Source: Chitinispirillales bacterium (lineage in GTDB: Bacteria > Fibrobacterota > Chitinivibrionia > Chitinivibrionales > Chitinispirillaceae). Taken from it: DNA of 38,175 nt. How positions within the stretch are numbered: the stretch's first letter is position 1; the number at the start of each line of letters is the position of its first letter. The stretch spans positions 1 through 38,175 of the forward strand of contig JAIRVB010000042.1 in NCBI GenBank assembly GCA_031254105.1, read 5' to 3'. Position numbers and translations under genes: made by a program. Below are positions 37,936-38,175 of this stretch, one piece after another. The notes below the pieces were generated by a model. That model had not been told where the DNA came from. It did not search any database and saw only the letters and a program-made list of their open reading frames with translations.

Positions 37936-38157
37936 TTACGATAATAAAGGCCAAACGTTTAAAACCAATGGGTGATCATAGCTTTTCATTTAAAACTCGA
38001 AAAGGATTTTACATAGTAGAAGCTGTATTGCATGGTAAATCAGGAGAGGCAACTAAACTTAGTGAAAAGGTATTTGTACGGTAATGGTATATAACAAAAT
38101 AGGATACTGACCAAAAAATATAATGAAAATAAACTTTAACTGAAGGAGAGATTTAAA

Positions 38158-38175
38158 ATGAAAAAGGCAATAACT
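38158..38175 (+). CDS. 5' end of a further gene (MKKAIT...) continuing beyond the window
   Basis: An AGGAGAG RBS sits 8 nt upstream of ATG 38158. The module continues past the window end. Confidence 0.3.

Overview
This 38 kb window comes from a bacterium with about 45-50% GC, probably a diderm, but I cannot assign a taxon from sequence alone. It opens with an IS1634-type insertion sequence. An accessory stretch follows: a putative beta-barrel outer-membrane protein, a ComEC-like MBL-fold hydrolase preceded by 45-bp tandem repeats, a membrane-anchored AraC-type regulator, and tRNA-Val(CAC).

A housekeeping block comes next: fmt, rsmB, gltX, an SPFH/band-7 protein, a 1013-aa membrane-fused spermidine-synthase-like protein, glgE, rsuA, a PreP-like M16C peptidase, an LRR protein, thpR and tsaD. 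Embedded in it on the minus strand at 16238-18332 are three overlapping out-of-frame ORFs: a P-loop NTPase, an 81-aa linker and a TPR-repeat protein. Together they look like a split or disrupted STAND-like NTPase-TPR gene.

The main lead is downstream of tsaD. An XRE-family repressor faces a Cro-like HTH gene across a 580-bp switch region. A near-consensus sigma70 promoter and a roughly 500-nt structured leader follow. At least nine co-directional, tightly packed genes then read as a siphovirus-type tail module: major tail protein, tail assembly chaperones G and G-T with a canonical U_UUA_AAA -1 slippery site, tape measure, distal tail and beta-helix fibre or spike proteins. No integrase, replication, terminase or capsid genes lie between the switch and the tail genes. 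I therefore read the locus as a candidate phage-tail-like bacteriocin (flexible F-type-like tailocin) or a remnant prophage. It runs past the window end.

Several intergenic oddities are also recorded below: a 12-mer recurring three times, a perfect 33-bp palindrome next to a GC-rich structured leader, tandem repeats containing start codons at the 5' end of rsmB, and a truncated nucleotidyltransferase fragment. Every functional call rests on motif recognition by eye; no database search was possible.
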